From assembly GCA_030704615.1 (NCBI GenBank), contig CM060733.1:434001-498000 (forward strand): a stretch of 64,000 bases of DNA, read 5' to 3'. A program made the position numbers and the translations under genes. The notes below the pieces were generated by a model that saw only the letters and a program-made list of their open reading frames with translations, did not search any database and was not told the origin of the DNA. Below, one piece after another: positions 50,501 through 60,811 of the stretch (its first letter is position 1; each line of letters opens with the position of its first letter). The stretch is from Takakia lepidozioides. Taxonomy: Eukaryota > Plantae > Bryophyta.

Positions 50501-52740
50501 AACCCACATCGTCCAGAAAGAAACTGGAAAGACGCGCAAGACGGAAGAGGAGGAAAAGGTGACGCGCCAAACGTAACGGCTGGCTGCACGAAGAGACGGG
50601 CACACATGTGCGGAATGGCCCATGCACGCCATACACGCGGCCGCAGCCCATTGGATGGGCGCTGGAAACATGTAATTGCCGTGCGGCACAATAATGGCCG
50701 CCGTCAGGGTCTGCCATCCTGGTTTGCCCTAACTCTCCCCCACAGTGGTCTGCCACACGGATCTGCCACAGGGGTCATCCACACGGGTCTGCCAAAGGGG
50801 TTTGCCATCCAGGTCTGCCACACTGCTCCGCCACACTGGTCTGTCACAGTTGTCTGAGTCAAGGTCTGCCACGCTGGCCTGCCACACTGGCCTGCCAATG
50901 ATTGAGTGTATTGAGTCCCATAAGGAGCAGACCCATAATTTACTACAAGACTGTTTCCATGCTGGTATGCTGTGCCGGCTATATGGTCTGCTCTGGTGTG
51001 GTCTGGTCTTCTCTTCTCCTGGTCTGCCCATCTCGTCTGCCCTCAGTCTGCATTTCTGTCCCCATCCGTTTGACCATTTGAATGGTCCCCTCATGAGGTC
51101 TGTCGATCCCCGCACTGTCCTGCTAACATATGGAAGGTCCATTAGTTCGGTACGCACAAAACTCCGCCACACATTCCCAGTTGTCCTGGTCCCTAGGCTG
51201 CGTCCACCTGCAAACAACATTCAAGAGAGGCAACTTGGGAGCCAATTTGAATTTTATACAGCCAACCATGCACATATGCTTCCGCCATTTTTGCAATGCT
51301 ATTCTACACATGGCATATGGAGGACAAGCCTCAAAGAAGACAATGCGGCGCCGGAAAGGCCGATTGACATTTCCTGTCCACTAAAATGAATCCTACTTCC
51401 GGTTGTTACATCAGAGCTACATATTTCCATTCAACTCTGCACTGCAAAATCAAGGTAAACACTGACGTCTTCCGCATCCTGATATACAGTCCCATCAACA
51501 GGCGAACAACAACACAAAAATAGTAGAAGCATATGAACAAAGGAGGCTGTGGCTTGAAACGATGGACTCCGACGTTGGCACGGGAGTCCACGGCTGCTTC
51601 ACGCTGAGTCATGTTACGGGATTCTTCACTTCCGTTGGGTCCAAACAGTCAAACAACCAACAACATACACCAAACAACAAACACGAAAAGGTAGGGGACG
51701 AGGGACGAGGGAAGACAAAAGAGGAGGAAACACAAAAAAAAAGCAAAGGGAGATCGGCGACTGCGATACCCTAAACCCTACATGCGACGGTCTGGATATA
51801 ATCGCGTATGGACGGGCAGATGGGCGCCACGTCCCCGTTTGTCTGCTCTGCTGTACGGGGTTCGGGGTGGTCTGCCGGATGACATGCAGACCCAGAGGGC
51901 AGACCCAGCGGGGCGACCGCGAGCTGCCACGGCCGGGGGTGGGGGGACTGCTGTCCGGGGGGGGGGGGGGGGGGGCGCGGGGGCCAATTATTCAAAAATG
52001 TGAGCCCATATAATCAGATTGTGGAGGGCTAGGTCCTCTATCTTAGGAAAATTCAACTCATTACTTGAATTTGTGGTCAAACCAGTTTTTACATGCAATT
52101 GTGGAATACATCTAGTCACATTATTTTATTATAATCTCCTGAATGCAATGGCCAAATAAAATTAAACCCTCGGCCATGAGGGTATGCACCTTTTGTAGCA
52201 GGCCCACCAAAAAGGTGCAGGTCCTTTATCATATCTCGCTCATCCATGTTTCAGTATGTCGTGCTCCATAGTCAACTGGAATAAGAAACTGGAAAGAAGA
52301 AATGGCCATGTGTACCTATCATTAATAGATGAAGTTTGGATGGATGATGAGAGGATGATGTGTTTTGGATTCTGGATACGATGATGATGTGCGTTTTCTT
52401 GGACGGTTGCGGATTGGATGGATGAATATCTGCAGGGACGATGGTGGATGCCCACATGGGTTAGAGTAAGTCGGCAAAAGTGTTGACAATGCACACAACA
52501 AGCCGTGAGTTGGTGCACACCTTTGACTTACTACACAGTGACCGATATTAGACCACCATGATTTTATAATAAATAATAAACAATAATATCCTGTAATGCG
52601 TAAATATTCGTAATGATGACTTAAGGACTGTACAAACGGTCAATTAACACCAAAAGCCTCCATTAAGATACTCCAATAAATATCATCCCGCCATCATCTT
52701 GTATGTTTTATTGTTTTTTTATTACTAATTATCAGTATTT

Positions 52741-52925
52741 AGTCGGTAGCTCAGCTGGATAGTACGCTGAGTGCCTCTAAGGTGATTCTGGGTTCAAATA
52801 CTGCTACGGTGTGCTGATATCTTCTCCCCTCTTCCCTTGGGCGGTGTCTGTGCCCGGGAATATTTGAAAAAGGTTATATTCTCCTCTCACTGTCATGAAG
52901 GGGCCTGATTTGTGAGCAGTCGGTG
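52741..52925 (+). mobile_element. tRNA-derived SINE (uninterrupted copy of the 39065 family)
   Basis: GTAGCTCAGCTGG and GGTTCAAATAC boxes; shared body TCTTCTCCCC..CCCTTGGG..GGTTATATTCTCCTCTCAC..AGGGGCCTGATTTGT. Confidence 0.8.
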
Positions 52926-55485
52926 GATTGGGTTATTAGCGAAATGTTTGCCGATAATATCGAAAGGATCGTATCGATAATTTCAAGAAAGCAAAACAAA
53001 GATTCGCTGACTCAAACAACCAGTTTAACAGTTAGTTCATTGTTTGCTCCAGGGTGTTTCCCTTTAAAAATAATAATTAAATGTTTAAAAATAAATAATA
53101 AATAATAAGAGTATATTTGTTTTGGTCAGGGTCCTGGAGCGTGCAGAGTGTGAACAGGGAAACAGGCAAGCAGCCTGGAGAGAGAGAGAGGGGGGGAGGG
53201 AGAGGAGGAGAGAGAGAGAGAGTGCCGGCCGTTGACGTGGTGCAGGCACGACATGGGGCCAGAGACTGCAGTCATTGCGCTGCAGTGTCTCCGTATGCCT
53301 GAGATGAGCTGTGAAGGTTTTATTTCCGTTGGGCTCCAGAAGAAATGCAGCTTTGCGAGGGACAGCTGGGAAGCTTTGCTGAGAGCCCAAGGATGGAGAT
53401 TGCGGTACGAGGGAGACAGACTCGCCTGGGGATGTGATGGTAGAGATAGGGAGAGAGGTTGGGGAGGTGGGTTACCGTCGCCAGAAGTCTTCGCAGAGAG
53501 TGTGAACTTGGAGTAAAAACTGTAGAGGGAGAGTAGAGCAGGGGGATTAGTTGCTTTCAACATTTGATGGTGAGGGGACTCGATGGACTTGGAGTGTCAA
53601 GCAGGGTGTTGATTGATTCTGGTGGTCTGTCTTGGTGCTTTACAACGCTTTGCCATCGCCTCCCCAGCATGTGATTACAGGACCTCTTCCGGGTCGTGCA
53701 TGTCTCAAATTGGTGAAGTACGCAGAATCCTTGTGGCTGTTCATGGAGTCGTTAGAGGATGCCTGGAGCTACGGGAGGGAGGGACAAATGGTTTGTTTGG
53801 GTGAGGTTTCCGAAAGGTGGGTCAAACATCTAACCTCAACTGGAAGTTTTTGACCATTCGCATTCACTTGAGAAGAGCTGTTTTCCCCACTCTTTGCTGC
53901 GCACTACATACTGAACCCACAGCTGTTCCCAAATGAAAGTGACTTTGAAAATCTGGGCTTTTCAGAATCAACTTAACAGTCTTGTACTTGAATTTATTTT
54001 TGAAAAAGTATTGCCGTATGGTCTTTCTCAAGTGCAAGTGCAATTACAAAATGATGATAGAGTATTTTCTTCCTTTTTTCTACCTATGCATCTTGGTGTG
54101 CATGAGTTTATGGTCTAGTTTGCTTTGCTGCACTCCAGTTAGTTTCATATTTGTTCCTTGAGAATCTTTTGCTGGTTCTAATAATTTGGCCTTTGTTTGT
54201 TCTCTCTCTTTGTGCAGCAACAGATAACTTGAGCATTTTTAGAGGTCTACGCTTGGTGTGCTGAGCCATCGTATCTTGTATCTTCGAATATCGATGATTT
54301 GTAGGTACGAGCTTGGTTTTTAACATGTCCTACTTACATAAGCTAGTGTGGCTTTTGTACGGTGGATTTCAATGATCATTTCAGTGGATGGTGCTGGCAA
54401 AGAGAAAGAAACGAAAAGAGAGTATTGACCTAGGGACTCACAGTCTAGTGCTTGGGTTTGAGCAGCATTAATCATTTCCCTTTTCTCTTATTTTGTACTA
54501 AATCACTACTTCAGTTTGAGCTCTCTCTCTTTCTCTCTCTCTAATTGTTTATACCAAGGAAAGTCCCACTATGGGGGACGAAGGTATAGTCTGTCCCTTT
54601 GGTTCCACCCAAACTGGGTGCAGTTCTCTCATGACCTCTATGTCTGATCAAGTGGCTTCGATGGTTGTAAGAGAGCCATGACATTTCCGGAGTACTGCCA
54701 AGGGGGACCATAATAGCTTGGGTATCAATGGCTGCGATACTCTGGCATCTGTAGATTAGCAGAACATCAAGAGTACACTCTCTGAGTTGTACCTCGATCT
54801 CACTCCCTAATGTTTGTGAGGTTTGAGGGTAAGGCTGATTGTTTTCCCTGTTCTTCATGCAGCTGCTGGGGATTGTCGCTTTGGTAGGAGGAAACAGTGG
54901 ATGGAGCACACCACATTGGATAGTGACACAGGGGTTGGCACAGCTGGCGGAAGGGGTTCGACCAATATTTGTTGCAGTGGCAGCTGACTCCTACCCCTGT
55001 TTTAGTGAAGGTTCCACATCCAAGATTTGATCAAACTCTCTCATACATACAGAGGGAGCAATCTTGCGATGATATCATGTTGAGCAGTAAGCAAGAGATA
55101 GCAACACATTGGTTACTAAAATATGGGCATGTACAAAGGCAAATGGATGGAGCGGAATCAGATAAGTGATGCCTTGAAGCCATTGTATGTCTACTGCATT
55201 ACATTGCATTCGAGGTTGGATCTGCTTTGCTTGCTTGTGCCCTGCTTGTGCATGAAAAGGTTGAGAGCAATATGGATGCGGACAGTGGGTAATCTCCAAT
55301 CAGAGTTTTCAAGATCAGAGGATGGCAGCAAACCGTCGGTGGTGTGCTGAAATTTATTTACCTGAAGGTATCTGTGCTTGAGGGAGAGAGGGACCTGAGC
55401 CCTCTCAAGGACACACAACATACTCACAGCCAACAGATGTCTTGCTAGCCACAAAAAATGTCAGAGGAGAGCTGAACCTCTGGCA

Positions 55486-58400
55486 ATGGGGGCCGCGAGG
55501 GCCCTGGCCTTGAGTCTGGTTCTTCTGCTAGTAGCTGACCTTCTAGTCAATGTCGGAGGGCAGGTGCAGAATACACAGACAGATATCACAGCCTTGTTGG
55601 CCATTAAGGCACCCCTCATCGACTCTCAGGGAATACTGGATGATTGGACGACAGCGACAAGCAATGCGCCCTGTAACTGGACGGGAGTAGTTTGCTCACA
55701 ACAGCGTGTTTCTGAGCTTCGGTTGCCAGGAGCTGGATTGAAGGGTCCCCTTGCTATGGAGGTGGGCAACCTGGGGGAGCTTCGGAGACTAAATCTTCAC
55801 ACGAACCAGCTAAATGGCAATATCCCAGGGTCGCTTGGCAATTGCTCACATTTGCATGCCCTGTACCTCTTTCAGAACGAATTTGCTGGTACAATCCCAT
55901 CCGAAATATTTGCTGGTGCTCAAGAGCTCCAGGTTCTCAGTCTGGCAGGGAATAGTCTCACTGGAAGCATACCGTCTCAGATTGGCAGTCTTAAAAGCCT
56001 TCGGGAACTCGATATCTCCAGTAATTCTCTGTCAGGGTTCATTCCAAAAGAGATCTCCAAATGCTCCAATCTCTTGAAACTAGCACTGGAGATGAATTTT
56101 TTGACAGGTAATCTTCCCTCAGAGTTGGGCCTACTGTCAAATCTTCAAAGTTTTCGACTGGGTGGGAATGACATTTCTGGAGAAATCCCACCAGAGCTTG
56201 GGAACAATACAAATCTGCAAATTCTGGACCTCGGGAATAACCATTTCACTGGTGCTATACCACTGTTTTTGGGCAATCTTGTGGGTCTTGAAGTCTTGCA
56301 TTTGGAGAACAACAATTTCAGTGGCCCTCTCCCTTTACAGCTTGGTAATGCAAGGTCCCTACAGGAGTTGGTGCTTGCTGGCAACTCTCTTTCCGGTCCC
56401 ATTCCATCCACATTTGGAAACCTTGTGAAGTTACAGCAGCTAAACCTCTCTCAGAATGTGTTGTCTGGAAGCATCCCTGCAGCACTTGATGGCCTGAGAA
56501 ACTTGCAGACTCTAGATCTAGGTAGCAACAGCTTCAATTCCTCCATTCCTGCTGTTTTAAGCCAGCTCACAGAGCTTCGAACCCTCTCTCTCTCTTCCAA
56601 TCAGTTTTCTGGTGCCATTCCAGGTGCCCTTGGAAGCCTGATAAATCTGCAGTCGCTCTCTCTTGACAAGAACAGACTCTCAGGTTCCATTCCAACTGAG
56701 CTAGGTTCCCTCCAAAGCCTTACAAGGCTTTCTCTGTCCATGAACATGCTGACAGGGCAGATTCCGGTAACATTATCCCAGTGTTCTGTACTGCAATTTC
56801 TTAATCTTCAAGCCAACCAACTTTCTGGCAGCATCCCCCCTTCTCTTGGCTCTCTTCAGCATTTGCAGGTTTTAGAACTGGGTGGAAATAACTTATCTGG
56901 TGTCCTTCCACCTGAGCTTGGTAACTGTGTGAGCTTGCAGACATTGGACCTCAATGGCCAGAACTTTTCTGGTATGATCCCGTCACCTTATGCCACACTT
57001 CCCAACCTTCAAGTTCTTTCTATTGCGAACAACTCTCTTAGTGGTGGGATTCCTGGGGGCTTTGCTACTACCTCTGGGCTTGAAGTGCTGGTGCTAAGTG
57101 GAAATGCGCTTAATGGCACCATTCCCTCAGTCCTTGGTGCCCTTCCTCAGTTGTCGACCCTCTCGTTGTCCAACAATTTTCTCTCGGGCCAGATCCCACC
57201 TGAGATTGTGAGAGCCTCCAACCTTGTGTTCCTATCTTTGAGAAATAATCGGTTAACTGGTTCAATACCGGAGGAGTTGGGTTCACTCACTAGTCTGCAG
57301 GAGCTTGATCTGGGATTGAACGAGCTTTCTGGCAGCATTCCTTCCTCACTTGAAAATTGTACAAAGCTTACCTACCTTGATTTTGGTGGAAACGGGTTGA
57401 CAGGCAGACTTTCAGAAGGGATCATCTCTCTGCAACAGCTTCAGGATCTATTTCTGCAGGATAATTCTCTGGAGGGGGACATTCCGACAGAATTAGGGAA
57501 TCTAACATTGCTGCAGGCTCTGAATCTCTCAAACAATAATTTTACTCACTCAATTCCTGTGTCTCTGGGTGGCTTAAAAAATCTCTTGGTCTTCAATGTC
57601 TCCAACAATTTTCTTCAGGGCTCCATCCCCTCGGCTCTTGCTGCAAGGTTCGATGCCTCATCATTTGGAGGCAATCCCTCCCTCTGTGGAGCTCCACTCA
57701 CCGGTACCTATGCAACCTGCAGTGGAACTTCGGGCCCAAGTGGTTCTCACCATGATAAAGGTCTAAGTAGACGTGCAATCATTGGGATTGCTGTGGGAGC
57801 TGGGACAGTGGGCCTCATTTTGCTCTCCCTTTTCTGTCTCTGCGTTGTATATTTGGTGCGGAGGAAGGTTACAAGTGAGGGAACACCTGGATCACCAAAT
57901 GCCAAACTTGTCATTTTCCATGACCCTGTTTCTCTAGCAAATATCCAGGAGGGCACAGGGCAGTTTGACGAAGACCATGTGTTGTCCCGGACACGTTATG
58001 GGATTGTTTTCAAAGCCATTCTCCATGATGGAACAGTTCTCTCAGTGCGCAGGTTGCCTGATGGGGCAGTCGAAGAGAACCTATTCCGAGCAGAGGCTGA
58101 ACTGCTGGGAAAAGTGAAGCACCGGAACTTAACAGTTTTGCGGGGTTATTATGTCCATGGTGATGTGAGGCTTCTCGTCTATGATTACATGCCGAATGGA
58201 AACCTGGCTTCACTTCTACAAGAAGCATCACAACAAGATGGCCATGTTTTAAACTGGCCGATGCGGCATTTGATTGCACTAGGAGTTGCTCGAGGACTCT
58301 CATTTTTACACACACAGTGTGATCCTCCAATAGTGCATGGAGATGTGAAGCCCAACAATGTGCAATTTGATGCGGATTTTGAAGCACATCTCTCTGAGTT

Positions 58401-58860
58401 TGGGTTGGATCGGCTGTCTGTCACCCCTACTGATCCGTCATCATCTTCAACCCCTGTTGGATCTCTAGGTTATGTCTCGCCTGAGGCAAACCTCTCTGGA
58501 CAGCTGACACGAGAGGCTGATGTCTACAGTTTTGGGATTGTGTTGCTGGAGCTTTTGACAGGACGGAGGCCCATAATGTTCACCACACAAGATGAAGACA
58601 TAGTGAAATGGGTGAAACGACAGCTGCAAACTGGACAAATATCGGAGCTTTTTGACCCTAGCTTGCTTGAGTTGGACCCAGAATCATCAGAGTGGGAGGA
58701 GTTTCTGTTGGCTGTCAAGGTCGCTCTTTTATGTACAGCACCGGACCCCATTGATCGCCCTTCCATGGCTGAGGTAGTTTTCATGGTGGAAGGCTGCAGG
58801 GTAGGCCCAGAGATGCCTACATCCTCATCGGACCCAACTTCAAATACCTCACCCATATGA
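55486..58860 (+). CDS. LRR receptor-like kinase, LRR-VII (At4g36180/At1g75640 MUSTACHES-like) clade, single exon, atypical kinase
   Basis: Signal peptide, LRRNT CNWTGVVC, more than 20 plant LRRs and a TM helix. Kinase has QFDEDHVLSRTRYG..LSVRRL..LLQEASQQDGHVLNWPMRHLIALG..HGDVKP..SEFGL. Confidence 0.95.
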   Translation: MGAARALALSLVLLLVADLLVNVGGQVQNTQTDITALLAIKAPLIDSQGILDDWTTATSNAPCNWTGVVCSQQRVSELRLPGAGLKGPLAMEVGNLGELRRLNLHTNQLNGNIPGSLGNCSHLHALYLFQNEFAGTIPSEIFAGAQELQVLSLAGNSLTGSIPSQIGSLKSLRELDISSNSLSGFIPKEISKCSNLLKLALEMNFLTGNLPSELGLLSNLQSFRLGGNDISGEIPPELGNNTNLQILDLGNNHFTGAIPLFLGNLVGLEVLHLENNNFSGPLPLQLGNARSLQELVLAGNSLSGPIPSTFGNLVKLQQLNLSQNVLSGSIPAALDGLRNLQTLDLGSNSFNSSIPAVLSQLTELRTLSLSSNQFSGAIPGALGSLINLQSLSLDKNRLSGSIPTELGSLQSLTRLSLSMNMLTGQIPVTLSQCSVLQFLNLQANQLSGSIPPSLGSLQHLQVLELGGNNLSGVLPPELGNCVSLQTLDLNGQNFSGMIPSPYATLPNLQVLSIANNSLSGGIPGGFATTSGLEVLVLSGNALNGTIPSVLGALPQLSTLSLSNNFLSGQIPPEIVRASNLVFLSLRNNRLTGSIPEELGSLTSLQELDLGLNELSGSIPSSLENCTKLTYLDFGGNGLTGRLSEGIISLQQLQDLFLQDNSLEGDIPTELGNLTLLQALNLSNNNFTHSIPVSLGGLKNLLVFNVSNNFLQGSIPSALAARFDASSFGGNPSLCGAPLTGTYATCSGTSGPSGSHHDKGLSRRAIIGIAVGAGTVGLILLSLFCLCVVYLVRRKVTSEGTPGSPNAKLVIFHDPVSLANIQEGTGQFDEDHVLSRTRYGIVFKAILHDGTVLSVRRLPDGAVEENLFRAEAELLGKVKHRNLTVLRGYYVHGDVRLLVYDYMPNGNLASLLQEASQQDGHVLNWPMRHLIALGVARGLSFLHTQCDPPIVHGDVKPNNVQFDADFEAHLSEFGLDRLSVTPTDPSSSSTPVGSLGYVSPEANLSGQLTREADVYSFGIVLLELLTGRRPIMFTTQDEDIVKWVKRQLQTGQISELFDPSLLELDPESSEWEEFLLAVKVALLCTAPDPIDRPSMAEVVFMVEGCRVGPEMPTSSSDPTSNTSPI

Positions 58861-60811
58861 GTGCTGCCAAATGATCTAACTCTTCCAACGGCACAGTGTC
58901 ACAGAGGTACATGGAAAGATGCTATGTTCTTGATGGACCTTACTTAGCATTTATGTCTGTTTGCAGTCAAGTGCGATGTCATTTCCTCTTACCCTCTCAA
59001 TGTAAGGTGGAGCCACCATTTCAGTCATGAGTTGCAGCAATGCCATTTTTGATGGGAAAGCAGTTTGTTTGTACCTTGTGTGTGATATTGGAAACTGTAT
59101 ATGAGGGAAATCTATTTTCATCAAGTTAAAGGTAATTGAGTTTGTCTGTACATCATGTGTAACTGATGGCTCACAGATGTAATTTGGATGCTGTACTCAG
59201 GTTACATAAAGAGATGAGGCTGTGTAAGGGCTGCAGCTTTGCAAGCTGTTGAAGGCAAAACCCATTGCATTTTGCATTTCCTATTGTGTAGTTCTTCAAA
59301 ATATTCAGACAGGAGGTTGGTTTGAGTCTCGGAGCTGCAGTCTGCAGCTACTGTGTGGCTTTTTAATTTTAGTTACAAATGAGGCTGCTTTCATTGTTGC
59401 GTGGTTGTTGTTCCTGCTGACATAAGTGCCTCTTCTCCTCACTGATTGATTAATCCACAAAGAGATCTCGAATGATGAAAACAGTCAGTTGTCTCTCACC
59501 ACAACGTTCTATGGGTAAGCTATCCTGAGTTTTCCCATCCTTTTACAAACATTCTTGGCAGGCCTTCCTCTGCAATGGAGCCTGGTTGGTCTCTACTCTA
59601 TATCCATTCTACTTCACGTTCTTATACACGTCTTCCTTGTGAGGGCAGTTGCACTTTGGCAGGCAAGGGAGAGGAGTGGTATATTTTACAAACCAGCAGC
59701 TCTTGAACTCGAAAACAATGTTGGCATCTGCTTGCCACTCGTCCTTAGCCATTCAGCACCCAAGGACGTAACCAGGTCGTCACTTTTTTGTGCATTATTC
59801 ACTGACCATAATCAAGCAAACGTATGAGTGAACTTGAAGAGACGACCTTCACTAACAGAGCACCCGCGAAGGTTTCTGAAGCAACTCCAGGATCCCTCGG
59901 GTCAGTGTAGTGCCCACTCGTACAATGTCAAAGTCACCTTTTGGGACCCACAGAAACCAAATGCGAGAAATAAGACAGATGCAGTCGTGCGTTTTGTGTA
60001 GTATACTCTCGTCTTGAGATTGCTGATATCTTCTCCAACCTCCATCACAGTATTAAAGGACTTGCAAAATGATAAACCAAACGACACTTGGCTTCCTCTC
60101 GCAGCCCAAGGCACGAACGACATGTTCCACGCACCTGCGCAGCTGCTGTCACGTGGTCCATCCAGCCTCTTCGGTACTCATCACGCTTGACCATCCGTTT
60201 CCTGCATTGATTCTAGGTGTTATGCTTCTATTGATTCTATGCTCAGCTGTGCGAAAGCACTGGCAGCAGGCGAGGTTTTCAACTTGCGACCAGAAAGTGT
60301 TGCATGTATGCTTGAAGCCCGGAAGTGATGTCGGACACGAGATGGAGCTACAATGACACTACATAGCTCTTGAATGAAAGCTTGCATGGCCCCAGAGAGT
60401 GGGGATGGCCAAGTGGCAGGGTAGCTGGAGAGACACAGAGAGAAGGCGGATGGATCCACTGCGAATTTTGTGGGGAGAGAGAAAGGAAGACAAGAGCGGG
60501 CTGTAGTCAGTGTTGTATTCAAGGCAGAGTGCAGTCTTGGATATCAATTTTGGCTGTACCTGCACACACACACGCACACACACACAGAGGCCTGTGGGAA
60601 GGGAAGAAGATTTCAATATTATGTTCCCGAAACCAAGACGGAATGCGTCAGGAACAGCAGGAGTGTCGTAGTGAGGTGCTGTTAGTCTCCACATCCCTCC
60701 ATTTCTATCTTAGAAGGCGGACACATATTTTGTTGTAATCGGATACTACATGTACGTGGAGACACACGCACATATACAGAGGAAGGGGGAAATAGAGGGT
60801 CTTCGTGAAAG

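Larger units (their letters stand above)
41164..52005. mobile_element. Large MULE-like DNA transposon B (~10.8 kb) with short TIRs and convergent cargo genes
   Basis: TIR CTCTCATTTTTGAATAATTGG (41167-41187) / CCAATTATTCAAAAATGTGAG (51984-52004); TSD CCATATAAT (41155-41163 / 52006-52014); GC-rich subtermini. Confidence 0.88.

Noticed and set aside
51769-51781. Telomere-like CCCTAAACCCTA
   Set aside because: Fewer than two units; a common telo-box or chance motif.
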